Below, one piece after another: positions 47,383 to 56,003 of a stretch of DNA of 56,003 nucleotides; within the stretch, counting starts at the first letter, position 1; each line of letters starts with the position of its first letter. The DNA is from a virus. Its lineage: Duplodnaviria > Caudoviricetes. The stretch spans positions 1 to 56,003 of IMG/VR virus record IMGVR_UViG_3300020179_000039, one strand, 5' to 3'. The notes beneath the pieces were generated by a model. That model saw nothing but the letters and a program-made list of their open reading frames with translations, ran no database searches and was not told the DNA's origin. Both the position numbers and the translations under genes were made by a program.

Positions 47383-47987
47383 TTCTTAGATAATTTAAGT
47401 TTCCACTGAGTACCGACACCAAAATAAGGACCTTGTTCAGGAATAATAATCCCGTTTAAATAGTAAATCTTATCGGATTTTGTTTTAAGAGACAGGTTTA
47501 GTTCTGCTCCCAGAGTATTTAAATCGGTGTTTGTAAAGATTCCACCCCCTACGTACACCTGATTGCGTTTTTGGACTACTGTTGTCTTTTCTTTTACAAC
47601 AGGTAAAGTATACTTGTAGTCATAAATTCTGTTTTTTAATGCATTAAATTGAACAGAGTCTACAACAAAGACATACCCTAGAGAATCTAGTTTTAAAGTA
47701 TCAGCATAAATATTTAATGCTGTATGCTCTTTCACAAGGTTCTGGAATTGCTTTTTTAATACCACATAATTAGTGTCAGGTAAATACTTAGTTTCACCTG
47801 GTAGATATGTGGTATCTCTTTTAATTCTAGGTACTTTGCGAACTATCAAAGAGTCTTTAGTAATGTACACAGTATCAATTTCAGTTTTAACACTAACCGG
47901 TTCTGTGACACTTGGTCCTGAGCAGGACCTTTGTAATAGAATAATTAATACTAATACACCTATTACTGCTAAATAAAATTTATTCAT
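47379..47987 (-). CDS. lysis accessory/spanin candidate
   Basis: N-terminal hydrophobic segment plus QRSC, DTV repeats, C-terminal amphipathic beta strands. Confidence 0.5.
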   Translation of the reverse strand: MNKFYLAVIGVLVLIILLQRSCSGPSVTEPVSVKTEIDTVYITKDSLIVRKVPRIKRDTTYLPGETKYLPDTNYVVLKKQFQNLVKEHTALNIYADTLKLDSLGYVFVVDSVQFNALKNRIYDYKYTLPVVKEKTTVVQKRNQVYVGGGIFTNTDLNTLGAELNLSLKTKSDKIYYLNGIIIPEQGPYFGVGTQWKLKLSKK

Positions 47988-48002
47988 ATGGTTTTTAATA
48001 AG

Positions 48003-48269
48003 TTATACTTCAGGGTCTTGCTTTTCTTCTTCTTTCTTAATAGGTCTTTTCATAACTTGACCTAGAGTACCAATTCCCAACGCCGCAGCGCATAAAATCA
48101 AAAAACCATCAAATACATACTGATGAATGTTTAAGGTTTTTCCGATTAAACCTGTAACTAGATCAGCAATAAGTACAATAACGCAAGCAGCTAAAGCTAC
48201 TAGACCAACAAAAGTCTTTTCGTTGATGTCATTATCGTCTCTAATTAGCTTTTTGAAAAAGTCAAGCAT
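48003..48269 (-). CDS. holin candidate (2 TM)
   Basis: FVGLVALAACVIVLIA and FLILCAAALGIG; charged C-terminus. Confidence 0.6.
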   Translation of the reverse strand: MLDFFKKLIRDDNDINEKTFVGLVALAACVIVLIADLVTGLIGKTLNIHQYVFDGFLILCAAALGIGTLGQVMKRPIKKEEEKQDPEV

Positions 48270-48270
48270 A

Positions 48271-48579
48271 TTATTTCTTTTTAAAGTCAATCTCATTTTC
48301 AGGCTTAATATAGTAAGTCTGAGATCTTTCGTCTGGGACTTCTTGAGCAGGTCCAACAGGAAATTTACTTGGAGTACTATATAAATAGTTCTTCAGCATC
48401 GATACATCTGATTCCAGCTGTTCAATTTTAACACGATCGGCACTCTCGTTTGTTAGGAGTGTCTTAACGTCAGTACGCATCTCAGTGATATCCCTCCACA
48501 ATAGGATACCAACCAGTCCAATAAGCATTGGACTAGCCCACTCTTTGACAGTGCTGATTACTCTTTCTTTATCTTGCAT
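48271..48579 (-). CDS. single-TM coiled-coil protein (holin/antiholin candidate)
   Basis: MLIGLVGILLW followed by coiled coil. Confidence 0.55.
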   Translation of the reverse strand: MQDKERVISTVKEWASPMLIGLVGILLWRDITEMRTDVKTLLTNESADRVKIEQLESDVSMLKNYLYSTPSKFPVGPAQEVPDERSQTYYIKPENEIDFKKK

Positions 48580-48922
48580 GGTAGATTTTAAATAGATTTT
48601 TTAAAAAAACTGATTAATTCTACCACCTCCCTCATATAAAATATACCCAATAGTTTCTATTTCTCCAAGAAATTCGTTTACTTTGTAGACCTTTACCAAG
48701 AATAATTTACCCCTATGATTTCAAAGTACTGTAACAGAAGTATTTGTGGTTTACGCATGAAAAATTCGGAAAAATTCATGCACAAACGAACGAGACTTCT
48801 TGTAGAACTTTGTAAATTATATATGTAACTCCGATTTATTTATTGACCCTTCATGTCCTTCAGTTTCATAGGACGTGGGAGGTCTTTTTGTCTCTATATG
48901 CAACTAACAAAACTCTAAGAAT

Positions 48923-49897
48923 ATGGGAATTTTTGACAAGCGTATTGCTTTTAAGCCGTATGAGTATCCTGAAATTATAAAATACAGGGATGCAATTAAA
49001 CACAGTCGCTGGGACGTTGAAGAATTCAACTTTGACAGTGACGCCTATGATTTTAAACACAAGCTTTCTGACTCAGAAAAAGAAGCTATTAAAAGAACTC
49101 TTCTTGCTATTTCTCAGATTGAGATTAGCGTTAAGACTTTCTGGGCTAAGTTGGGTGAACACATCCCTAAACCAGAATTTAATTCTGTAGGTATTACGTT
49201 TGCTGAAAATGAAGTAGTTCACTCTGAAGCATATTCTAAGCTTCTTGAAGTACTTGGCTTTAACAGCGAATTTGATTTACTATTACAAAATCCTGTAATT
49301 GGTGGAAGGGTTGAATACCTAACAAAGTACTTAAAAAACAGCGGTGATAACGCAAAACAGGTTTATACCCTAAACCTAGCTTTGTTTTCAATGTTTATTG
49401 AGAATGTATCTCTATTTAGTCAGTTTGCTATTGTAAAGTCGTTTATTGAGAAAAAGAATCTTCTAAAAGAAGTAGATACAGTTATTGAAGCTACTATGAA
49501 AGAAGAAATCATTCATGCTCAACTAGGCATGCATGTCATTAATCTGATTAAAAAAGAGTATCCTGAATGGTTTGACCAAGATTTTTATGAAAAAATCTAT
49601 CGAGCATGCAAAAAAGCTTTTGATGCTGAGGTGAAAATCATTGACTGGATATTTGAAGAGGGTGAAATTGACACTGTATCTAAAAAAGCCGTAGTCGAGT
49701 TTATAAAAAATCGTTTTAACAACTCCCTTACTGCTATTGGAGGTGAGGAATTATTCGAAATAAACGAAACAGTATTATCTGAGCTTTACTGGATGGTTGA
49801 AGCTATTTACGGATATGTGCGTAATGATTTCTTTAACACACAAGGTACGAACTACACTAAGTTTCAAAAATCAATAACAAGTAAAGATTTATTTTAA
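48923..49897 (+). CDS. nrdB: ribonucleotide reductase beta subunit (class Id-type signature)
   Basis: QIEISVK, ENEVVHSEAY, ENVSLFSQF, EEIIH, DFF..GTNY. Confidence 0.9.
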   Translation: MGIFDKRIAFKPYEYPEIIKYRDAIKHSRWDVEEFNFDSDAYDFKHKLSDSEKEAIKRTLLAISQIEISVKTFWAKLGEHIPKPEFNSVGITFAENEVVHSEAYSKLLEVLGFNSEFDLLLQNPVIGGRVEYLTKYLKNSGDNAKQVYTLNLALFSMFIENVSLFSQFAIVKSFIEKKNLLKEVDTVIEATMKEEIIHAQLGMHVINLIKKEYPEWFDQDFYEKIYRACKKAFDAEVKIIDWIFEEGEIDTVSKKAVVEFIKNRFNNSLTAIGGEELFEINETVLSELYWMVEAIYGYVRNDFFNTQGTNYTKFQKSITSKDLF

Positions 49898-49898
49898 T

Positions 49899-51545
49899 AT
49901 GGCAAAAATGGACTGGTATACTCCCTTAAGTGAGGAGTTTATGGGGAGAGGGTATTTTCACAATGATAGTACAATCTATGATCGAATTGACTCAATCGCT
50001 AAACTTGTAGGTGACACTTATAATAGTCAAGAACTTAGAGGTAAGGTAAAAGAATATATTGAGAATGGATATTATGTATTACCATCACCCGTATGGAGCA
50101 ATGCTGGAACTGGAAGAGGTTCCGGCATTTCATGCTTTAACACGCACGTCAGTGACAGCATTGAATCTATTATTAGAGGTAATGCTGAAGTAGGGATGCT
50201 TTGTAAAATCGGAGGCGGTACATCGGGGTACTTTGGTGATATTCGTCCTGCTGGTAGTAAGATTTCTACTGGAGGGGATACTTACGGTGCAGTACATTTT
50301 ATGCAAATGTTTGATACTACCAAAAATGTAATTTCTCAGAACAATGTTCGCAGAGGAGAATTTGCTGCTTACCTGGATATTACACACGGCGATATCAAAG
50401 ATTTCTTACGGATTAACGCGGAAGGTCATAAACTACAGCGTTTTCCTTTTGGTGTTTGTGTTACTGACAAATGGTTAGAAGACATGAAAGCTGGAGATAT
50501 TGACAAACGCGAGCTTTGGGCTATGGTTATTGACTCCAGAAACCGTACAGGATTTCCCTATATCTTTTACACAGATAACGTAAACAATAACACTGTAGAT
50601 GTCTATAAAGATACTGGTGCTAAAATCAATTCATCAAACATGTGTACAGAAATTCTGCTTCCTTCAACAGAAGAGGAATCCTTTGTATGTGACCTGGTTG
50701 GAATGAACCTGGTTAAATTTGATGAATGGAAAGATACCGATGCTGTCAGAGTTGCTGTATATATAGCAGATGCTGTATTGCAGGAGTTTATTGATAGATA
50801 TAAAGAAACACCATTTATATCTAGAGCAATACGCTTTGCTGAAAGACACCGTGCTATTGGTATCGGTGCTTCAGGATATCACTCTTATTTGCAAAGTCAT
50901 ATGATTGCATTTGAGTCCCTTCGTGCTAAGTTTTTGAATTCTCAGATTTTTCAGACGATTCAGAATCAAGCATGGGCTGCATCAAAAGAAATGGCAGAAC
51001 TTTACGGAGAACCTGAAGCACTAAAAGGTTATGGTAGAAGGCATACTACATTAACTGCTGTAGCACCGAATACATCTTCATCCTTTATTATGGGACAGCA
51101 ATCTCAATCTATTGAACCCTATACTTCTAATTACTATATCAAAAAGACAGCAAAAGTTAAACATGCAGTTAAAAACCCTTATTTAAAAAAACTTCTTGCT
51201 GAAAAAGGTAAAGACACAATGGATGTATGGGAATCTATTTTACAAAAAGCCGGTAGTGTTCAACACTTAAGCTTCTTGTCAGAAGAAGAGAAACTAGTCT
51301 TTAGAACCTTTATGGAAATTTCACAGATGGAAATTATTATACAAGCTTCACAAAGACAAAAGTTTATTGATCAAGGACAATCATTAAATTTGATGATCCA
51401 TCCTGCAACGCCTACACGGGACATTAATACTATTCTTTTAAAAGCTCACGAAATTGGTGTCAAGACTCTTTATTATCAACTGGGTCAAAACGCTGCTCAA
51501 GAGTTTGCAAGGGATATTTTAAGCTGTGAATCCTGTGCAGGATAA
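49899..51545 (+). CDS. nrdA: ribonucleotide reductase alpha subunit, no ATP cone
   Basis: ISCF, RRG, SNMCTEI, APNTSSS, KTLYY, C-terminal CESCAG. Confidence 0.93.
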   Translation: MAKMDWYTPLSEEFMGRGYFHNDSTIYDRIDSIAKLVGDTYNSQELRGKVKEYIENGYYVLPSPVWSNAGTGRGSGISCFNTHVSDSIESIIRGNAEVGMLCKIGGGTSGYFGDIRPAGSKISTGGDTYGAVHFMQMFDTTKNVISQNNVRRGEFAAYLDITHGDIKDFLRINAEGHKLQRFPFGVCVTDKWLEDMKAGDIDKRELWAMVIDSRNRTGFPYIFYTDNVNNNTVDVYKDTGAKINSSNMCTEILLPSTEEESFVCDLVGMNLVKFDEWKDTDAVRVAVYIADAVLQEFIDRYKETPFISRAIRFAERHRAIGIGASGYHSYLQSHMIAFESLRAKFLNSQIFQTIQNQAWAASKEMAELYGEPEALKGYGRRHTTLTAVAPNTSSSFIMGQQSQSIEPYTSNYYIKKTAKVKHAVKNPYLKKLLAEKGKDTMDVWESILQKAGSVQHLSFLSEEEKLVFRTFMEISQMEIIIQASQRQKFIDQGQSLNLMIHPATPTRDINTILLKAHEIGVKTLYYQLGQNAAQEFARDILSCESCAG

Positions 51546-51556
51546 TTTCATAAGAG

Positions 51557-51590
51557 CTTGAGGTTATGTTGTATAACCTCAAGTTTCTTT
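51557..51590 (+). terminator. intrinsic terminator
   Basis: CTTGAGGTTAT-GTTGT-ATAACCTCAAG-TTTCTTT. Confidence 0.7.
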
Positions 51591-51612
51591 AAAAAACTAA
51601 ATTTATATACCT

Positions 51613-52236
51613 ATGGTACTACAAGAAAAGTTATTTAATCATTTATTTAAATCGGGTATAACACCAAACGCATGGTGTGTACTATACTCAATCTATAAGA
51701 ATGTTTCTTATAGAGCGTACTTCCCAGATATGGCGGAGTATAGTAAATTAGTTGATGGACAATTCATTCGTCAAGTAGAAATTCGTGATGAAGACAATTT
51801 TGTTCAAGCAAGAAAGTTTGAGTTGACAGCAAAAGGTTTAGCTTTTGTAGAAGAAATGGAAAAAATACTGAGTGCAAAACTTAAAAAACAAGCGCTAAGT
51901 ACATCTCAAAAAGAAGAATGGGCACCAAAGATAACCGAGTACCGAAATAAGTTTCCTGCAGGAGGTCCACATAGGGGTAATCCTCGTGATGTTATGCAAA
52001 GATTTATATGGTTTTTTAGTGAGTATCCTGAGTTTAACTGGGATATTGTAATGAAAGCAACAGATCTTTATATGCATGAAGCATCAAACCACACATACTT
52101 AAAACAGTGTCAGTACTTTATCCAAAAAGCAGATTCACATAAAATTATTACATCTATTTTAGCTAATTACTGTCAACGTATACTTGATGGAGATGAAACT
52201 CCTGAGACACAGCAATTTGCTGTTACTGTATTTTGA
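51613..52236 (+). CDS. hypothetical protein (wHTH-like N-terminus; possible replication initiator)
   Basis: FELTAKG wing motif; YRNKFP..FIWFF.EYPEFNWD...YFIQK. Confidence 0.55.
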   Translation: MVLQEKLFNHLFKSGITPNAWCVLYSIYKNVSYRAYFPDMAEYSKLVDGQFIRQVEIRDEDNFVQARKFELTAKGLAFVEEMEKILSAKLKKQALSTSQKEEWAPKITEYRNKFPAGGPHRGNPRDVMQRFIWFFSEYPEFNWDIVMKATDLYMHEASNHTYLKQCQYFIQKADSHKIITSILANYCQRILDGDETPETQQFAVTVF

Positions 52237-52265
52237 TGCCCATGTTTTGTTAGAATTAGTGGAAT

Positions 52266-52297
52266 AAAAAACCCCCCGGCTGCATCACCGAGGGGGT
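52266..52297 (-). terminator. terminator between convergent genes
   Basis: ACCCCC..CGG/CCG..GGGGGT with A run on plus strand. Confidence 0.65.
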
Positions 52298-52322
52298 CCA
52301 CTTACTAATACATCACTATAAA

Positions 52323-52742
52323 TCAACCAAACAACTTGAAAAGAACTGTAAAGTTCGATTCAGTTTCAATGTTTTTGAATTCATCTACGCTAAGTTTAAT
52401 ATGTTCAACTTCGCGTTCAGTTTTCATTAGTTCATCCATCTGTTTACGAAATTCAATAATGTTGGGATTAACTACACCATCAATTTCATTTTTAATCTCA
52501 AAAGATCCGTCTTCAGTTTCTGTTCCCAAAGACTTAATTAGTTCATTACGCTGTTCACCAATATACTTCTTATCTTCTTGTAGAGAAGTCAAGAGTTTAT
52601 TTAAGTGATACTTTGTGGCAATTGAAAGCTTGTGTTGGAGCAATCCTTTAGAAACAATTCCTGTTTCATTAGCAACGCCGCCAATTTCCGCTTCCAGGAA
52701 GAGAATCTCTTCCAGAGTTAGACTGGTTTTTACTGTTTCCAT
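52323..52742 (-). CDS. helical hypothetical protein at end of tail operon
   Basis: 139 aa from ATG 52742; own TATATTTGTAGAG promoter. Confidence 0.7.
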   Translation of the reverse strand: METVKTSLTLEEILFLEAEIGGVANETGIVSKGLLQHKLSIATKYHLNKLLTSLQEDKKYIGEQRNELIKSLGTETEDGSFEIKNEIDGVVNPNIIEFRKQMDELMKTEREVEHIKLSVDEFKNIETESNFTVLFKLFG

Positions 52743-52813
52743 ATACGTATTTTTGGATTTGTTAACTCTACAAATATACAAGAGTTCTACAATTAAAACA
52801 AAGAATTAGGGTA

Positions 52814-52951
52814 TTATCTGCCCTGACCCCTATAATTTTTTTCTTTGCGGTTGTGCTTATTAAAGCTCTTTGCATGCTTTCCTAGCTTACGCTTACCGAA
52901 AGTTACTTTAGCAGCCTTATTAGAACCGAGTAATCCTTTCTTTGCTGCCAT
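52814..52951 (-). CDS. 45-aa highly basic peptide ending YRGQGR
   Basis: MAAKKGLLGSNKAAKVTFGKRKLGKHAKSFNKHNRKEKNYRGQGR; starts 2 nt after upstream stop. Confidence 0.65.
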   Translation of the reverse strand: MAAKKGLLGSNKAAKVTFGKRKLGKHAKSFNKHNRKEKNYRGQGR

Positions 52952-52953
52952 TT

Positions 52954-53469
52954 TTAGCAATCATCTACATTCTCTGCGCCAAAGATGCCTACGAGTTTCT
53001 CTTTAAGCTTAGAATAACCGAATTCAAAGATGTCAATTCCTTCAGCTCCAGAAAGATCCGGAACAGTTTTTTGAATACCTTCTTCAACATCTTTCTCTAC
53101 ATAAACAGTTTGAGTTCTTGTAACTGTCTGAGTTGTAGATTCACCACCCTCTTCTGAAGGAGGAAGGGTAATAGTTTCACTGATTTCCTGCTCTTCAGGA
53201 ACAGTGCGTTTTACAGTTTGTGTAACTGTAATCACTTTTGTCATAGGGACCATCAAGCTATCACCAATTTGTGCATTGCGGGCTACTGGACCAGCAATTC
53301 CTAAGGGTCCTGAAGCAGATACTTCTGTAGCGTCTTCTTCAGATTTAAAAAGCTGAATGCTGAAATATGCATTACCAATTTTATTAATTTGGTAAGACAT
53401 AATACGCACATAAGCTTCACTGGTAATACCCTGATCTGTACCAATTTGAGCTGTAATTTTAAGTGCCAT
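52954..53469 (-). CDS. tail-associated hypothetical protein
   Basis: MALKITAQIGTDQGITSEAYVRI...FGYSKLKEKL; long beta-hairpin insertion. Confidence 0.7.
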   Translation of the reverse strand: MALKITAQIGTDQGITSEAYVRIMSYQINKIGNAYFSIQLFKSEEDATEVSASGPLGIAGPVARNAQIGDSLMVPMTKVITVTQTVKRTVPEEQEISETITLPPSEEGGESTTQTVTRTQTVYVEKDVEEGIQKTVPDLSGAEGIDIFEFGYSKLKEKLVGIFGAENVDDC

Positions 53470-53544
53470 TTTTATATAAGTTTTTAGGTAAGTTCTACAT
53501 TTATAATATACAAAATTTTATTAAACTCTCCAAGTTTAAATATT

Positions 53545-54159
53545 TTATTCAAAACCACCGACTTCTCCATCACAACCACAAGTAGGATGATTAGGATAAT
53601 TTACTCTGTATGTACCACAAGTACCATCATTATATATTTCAAAGTAATCACATCCTTCGCAGCCTGAAGTAACAAATGTATCAGATCCAGGACAAGTGGT
53701 AACTGAGCGAATACTACTATATGCACTATACTGACCTGATGACGCACATCTAATTCTAACTCTGAAAAGATAAGTTGTAGATGGTGCTAAGTTGTACACA
53801 TATTTGGTTGATACACAACCGACGTTACCTTCTTGAGTCCAGGTTTGACCTCCATTTGAGCTATAAAATACCTCCATTATGTCACAGTTAGCGTATTGAA
53901 TATAAAGAATAGCTGAAGTACTGGTTCTGTCAGACCCTGTAATGACTGGTGCATTACATGCTGCTGCATTATGATTATAACAATGCCACTCACTCATAGC
54001 TGCCGGATTAGACGCATTAGGTCTAGAAGCACTATTCTGATTAATAGCACCATAGTCCCCATTTTCAGCAGCATCAAGGGATATAGTAGCAGAAGCTGAA
54101 CGATTAAGTTCAGTATTTATCTGCGACATTGCTATTTGACCAGAACAAGGTAGTGCCAT
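53545..54159 (-). CDS. putative tail-fibre tip/adhesin with FN3-like domain
   Basis: MALPCSGQIAMSQINTEL N-terminus, LAPSTTYLFRVR FN3 signature, 12 Cys. Confidence 0.6.
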   Translation of the reverse strand: MALPCSGQIAMSQINTELNRSASATISLDAAENGDYGAINQNSASRPNASNPAAMSEWHCYNHNAAACNAPVITGSDRTSTSAILYIQYANCDIMEVFYSSNGGQTWTQEGNVGCVSTKYVYNLAPSTTYLFRVRIRCASSGQYSAYSSIRSVTTCPGSDTFVTSGCEGCDYFEIYNDGTCGTYRVNYPNHPTCGCDGEVGGFE

Positions 54160-54161
54160 TT

Positions 54162-56003
54162 TTATGCAAGCTTAGCTTTAAGTTCTTCAATTTGTTTCTG
54201 TTGCTCTTTGATAGCTTCAATGAGAACACCCACTATGTTACCATATTTTACACCATATTCATCAACATCAGCAGCATATGTTACAGCTTCAGGTAATACT
54301 TCGTTCATTTCCTGAGCAATTACACCAACCTGTCTACCTTTATGAGCTTCATCAATTTTGGTATAGAAAACACCACGCATATCTTTAACCTTTGATAATG
54401 CGTCTTCAATCGTAATAATGTCAGTTTTCTTTCTCTTATCAGAAAAAGCTACAATATCTCCTGTTGCATAAATTGCACCTGTTACATAAAGTTTATAACT
54501 ACTTGATGTAGTAGATTCACCTATACCTAAGCTTCTGTTTCCTGTGTGCCAATACCATCCCCAGCCATAATTATTATCATGCAAACCAAGATCAGTACCC
54601 ACTCTACCCATAATGACAAACTGCGACCCAATCCCGTAACCACTCCAACCATTTCTACCAGTTCCATAAGTTGCAACGTTACCGTATGAATTACCTTCAC
54701 ATTCAGGTGCTCTTAATCCATAACCGTAACTTTGAAAATATAGTCCAGTACATCCGTTTGCTCTAAACCAGTCATTTGTGTAAATTCCATTAAATGTAGG
54801 AGCATCCGAAGTTCTAACATACTGATTCATGTTAGAAGGATATGGATGGCTGTTTGAAGTTAAAACATTATACCAACCATTCCAGTTATTATTACCATAC
54901 CACCCATATCTATGTAGTATATTTCCTTGATAGAAATAGAATTGGTCTTGCTGGTGTCCACTTAAACCATACATATCTACTATAGTTCCATAACCACTAG
55001 GTGCTCCTCCTTGAGTATAGTTGTCCCATATACTAATAGACATTGGAGTTGTTACAGTATGTGAACCCCAACCAAAATCCCATTCTTGATAATCAGATTG
55101 TATTTTTTTAGAAACATTTGCTGTTGTAGCAGTAGTAGCAGTAGTAGCATTACCTGATATATTGAAATGACCTGTACCACTTGTAAATCTACCTACCCAT
55201 CCTACACCTTCTCTGTGGAATCCAAACTCACCCTCATTCATCATAAGGGTTATACCTGTGCCTTCACCAAAATGTAACCCCCTCCATCCGTTTCTTTCTC
55301 CTATAATTTTCCACGCTCCATAGCTATTGTTATTAGGATAAAGGTGAGCACCATTTGTACCAGAATAAAAACCGTAATGCCCGTCAAGTCTTACCCATGA
55401 ATTAAATACCCCGTAGTTAGAACCACCCTGTTGTATTTCAAATCCATTTGCTAAACGTAAAGTGGTAAATAATGAAATTGGAGAGTTTGTTGTAAAGTTT
55501 AAATAAGATCCATCCCAATACCATCCTCTTCTACTTGACCATGTATTACTACCATCCATAGACCAGTATCCGTTATTTTCTCCTGCTACATACGCACCAT
55601 CAATAAGAATACCCATTTGACCAGCATTAGGAAGTCCATCACCAAATACAATCTCACCACCACTCACACTATATCCATTCCAACGATAACCCGGTAATCC
55701 TGATCCATACCAACCACCACCAGAAGGAATTGTATATGAACCTATATTACCACTGTGTATCATCTCCACCCAACTTCTTATATTGGGCCATGCACTTCTC
55801 CAGAAGAATCTGTTGTTTGCTTCACCTGCACACGCCATCTGGAAACCATATGCTTGGGAGCTATTTTGAAAATTATAATGTAATCCTTGTAATCCTACGT
55901 AGTGAGAAGACCCACCAGGAGCATTACCTGGAGAACTCCATGTATCAATATATCCAGAACCCCAGTTAGAGAAAATAGTATTAAAGTCTGTTGTCCCCCA
56001 ACC
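54162..56003 (-). CDS. tail fibre with C-terminal intramolecular chaperone (peptidase S74); 5' truncated
   Basis: Frame open to window edge (GWGTTDFNTIF...); G/W/Y-rich modules; FSDKRKKTDI...GVIAQE...YGNIVGVLIEAIKEQ. Confidence 0.88.
   Translation of the reverse strand, partial: GWGTTDFNTIFSNWGSGYIDTWSSPGNAPGGSSHYVGLQGLHYNFQNSSQAYGFQMACAGEANNRFFWRSAWPNIRSWVEMIHSGNIGSYTIPSGGGWYGSGLPGYRWNGYSVSGGEIVFGDGLPNAGQMGILIDGAYVAGENNGYWSMDGSNTWSSRRGWYWDGSYLNFTTNSPISLFTTLRLANGFEIQQGGSNYGVFNSWVRLDGHYGFYSGTNGAHLYPNNNSYGAWKIIGERNGWRGLHFGEGTGITLMMNEGEFGFHREGVGWVGRFTSGTGHFNISGNATTATTATTANVSKKIQSDYQEWDFGWGSHTVTTPMSISIWDNYTQGGAPSGYGTIVDMYGLSGHQQDQFYFYQGNILHRYGWYGNNNWNGWYNVLTSNSHPYPSNMNQYVRTSDAPTFNGIYTNDWFRANGCTGLYFQSYGYGLRAPECEGNSYGNVATYGTGRNGWSGYGIGSQFVIMGRVGTDLGLHDNNYGWGWYWHTGNRSLGIGESTTSSSYKLYVTGAIYATGDIVAFSDKRKKTDIITIEDALSKVKDMRGVFYTKIDEAHKGRQVGVIAQEMNEVLPEAVTYAADVDEYGVKYGNIVGVLIEAIKEQQKQIEELKAKLA

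Noticed and set aside
54162-56003. Diversity-generating retroelement or shufflon acting on the tail fibre
   Set aside because: No reverse transcriptase, invertase, TR/VR pair or inverted cassettes in the window

Overview
About half of a crAss-like (Crassvirales-type) phage genome in the standard genetic code. The host is most likely an aerobic Bacteroidota: the tmRNA tag begins GET and ends LAA, promoters match TAnnTTTG, translation starts are A-rich without SD motifs, and the RNR looks class Id. Left end (minus strand): start of the major capsid gene, a scaffold-like gene, portal, large terminase, PD-(D/E)XK nuclease and IHF-like protein. At 9.6-11.0 kb lies a dense RNA island: a tRNA-like RNA with a branched insert in place of the anticodon, a complete phage tmRNA with a 25-aa tag, an unknown ~290-nt structured RNA, tRNA-Met and tRNA-Thr, together with groES and micro-ORFs. 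Centre (plus strand): PRTase-like and PhoH genes, a putative early region (repeated motifs, tandem paralogs ending SADLDA, ~600 nt of structured non-coding DNA ending in a second tRNA-like RNA), many small ORFs, an AAA+/vWA pair, an SPL-like radical SAM enzyme, a His-rich four-gene cassette, dUTPase, and the replication module (SF2 helicase, Ung, DnaB, AAA ATPase, primase, nucleases, PolB with a beta-clamp motif, dNMP kinase). Right end: lysis cassette, class Id-type nrdB-nrdA, and tail-fibre genes (minus, truncated). A TGTAGA(AC) motif recurs at about 14 intergenic promoter regions. All family calls come from motif recognition by eye; no searches were run.
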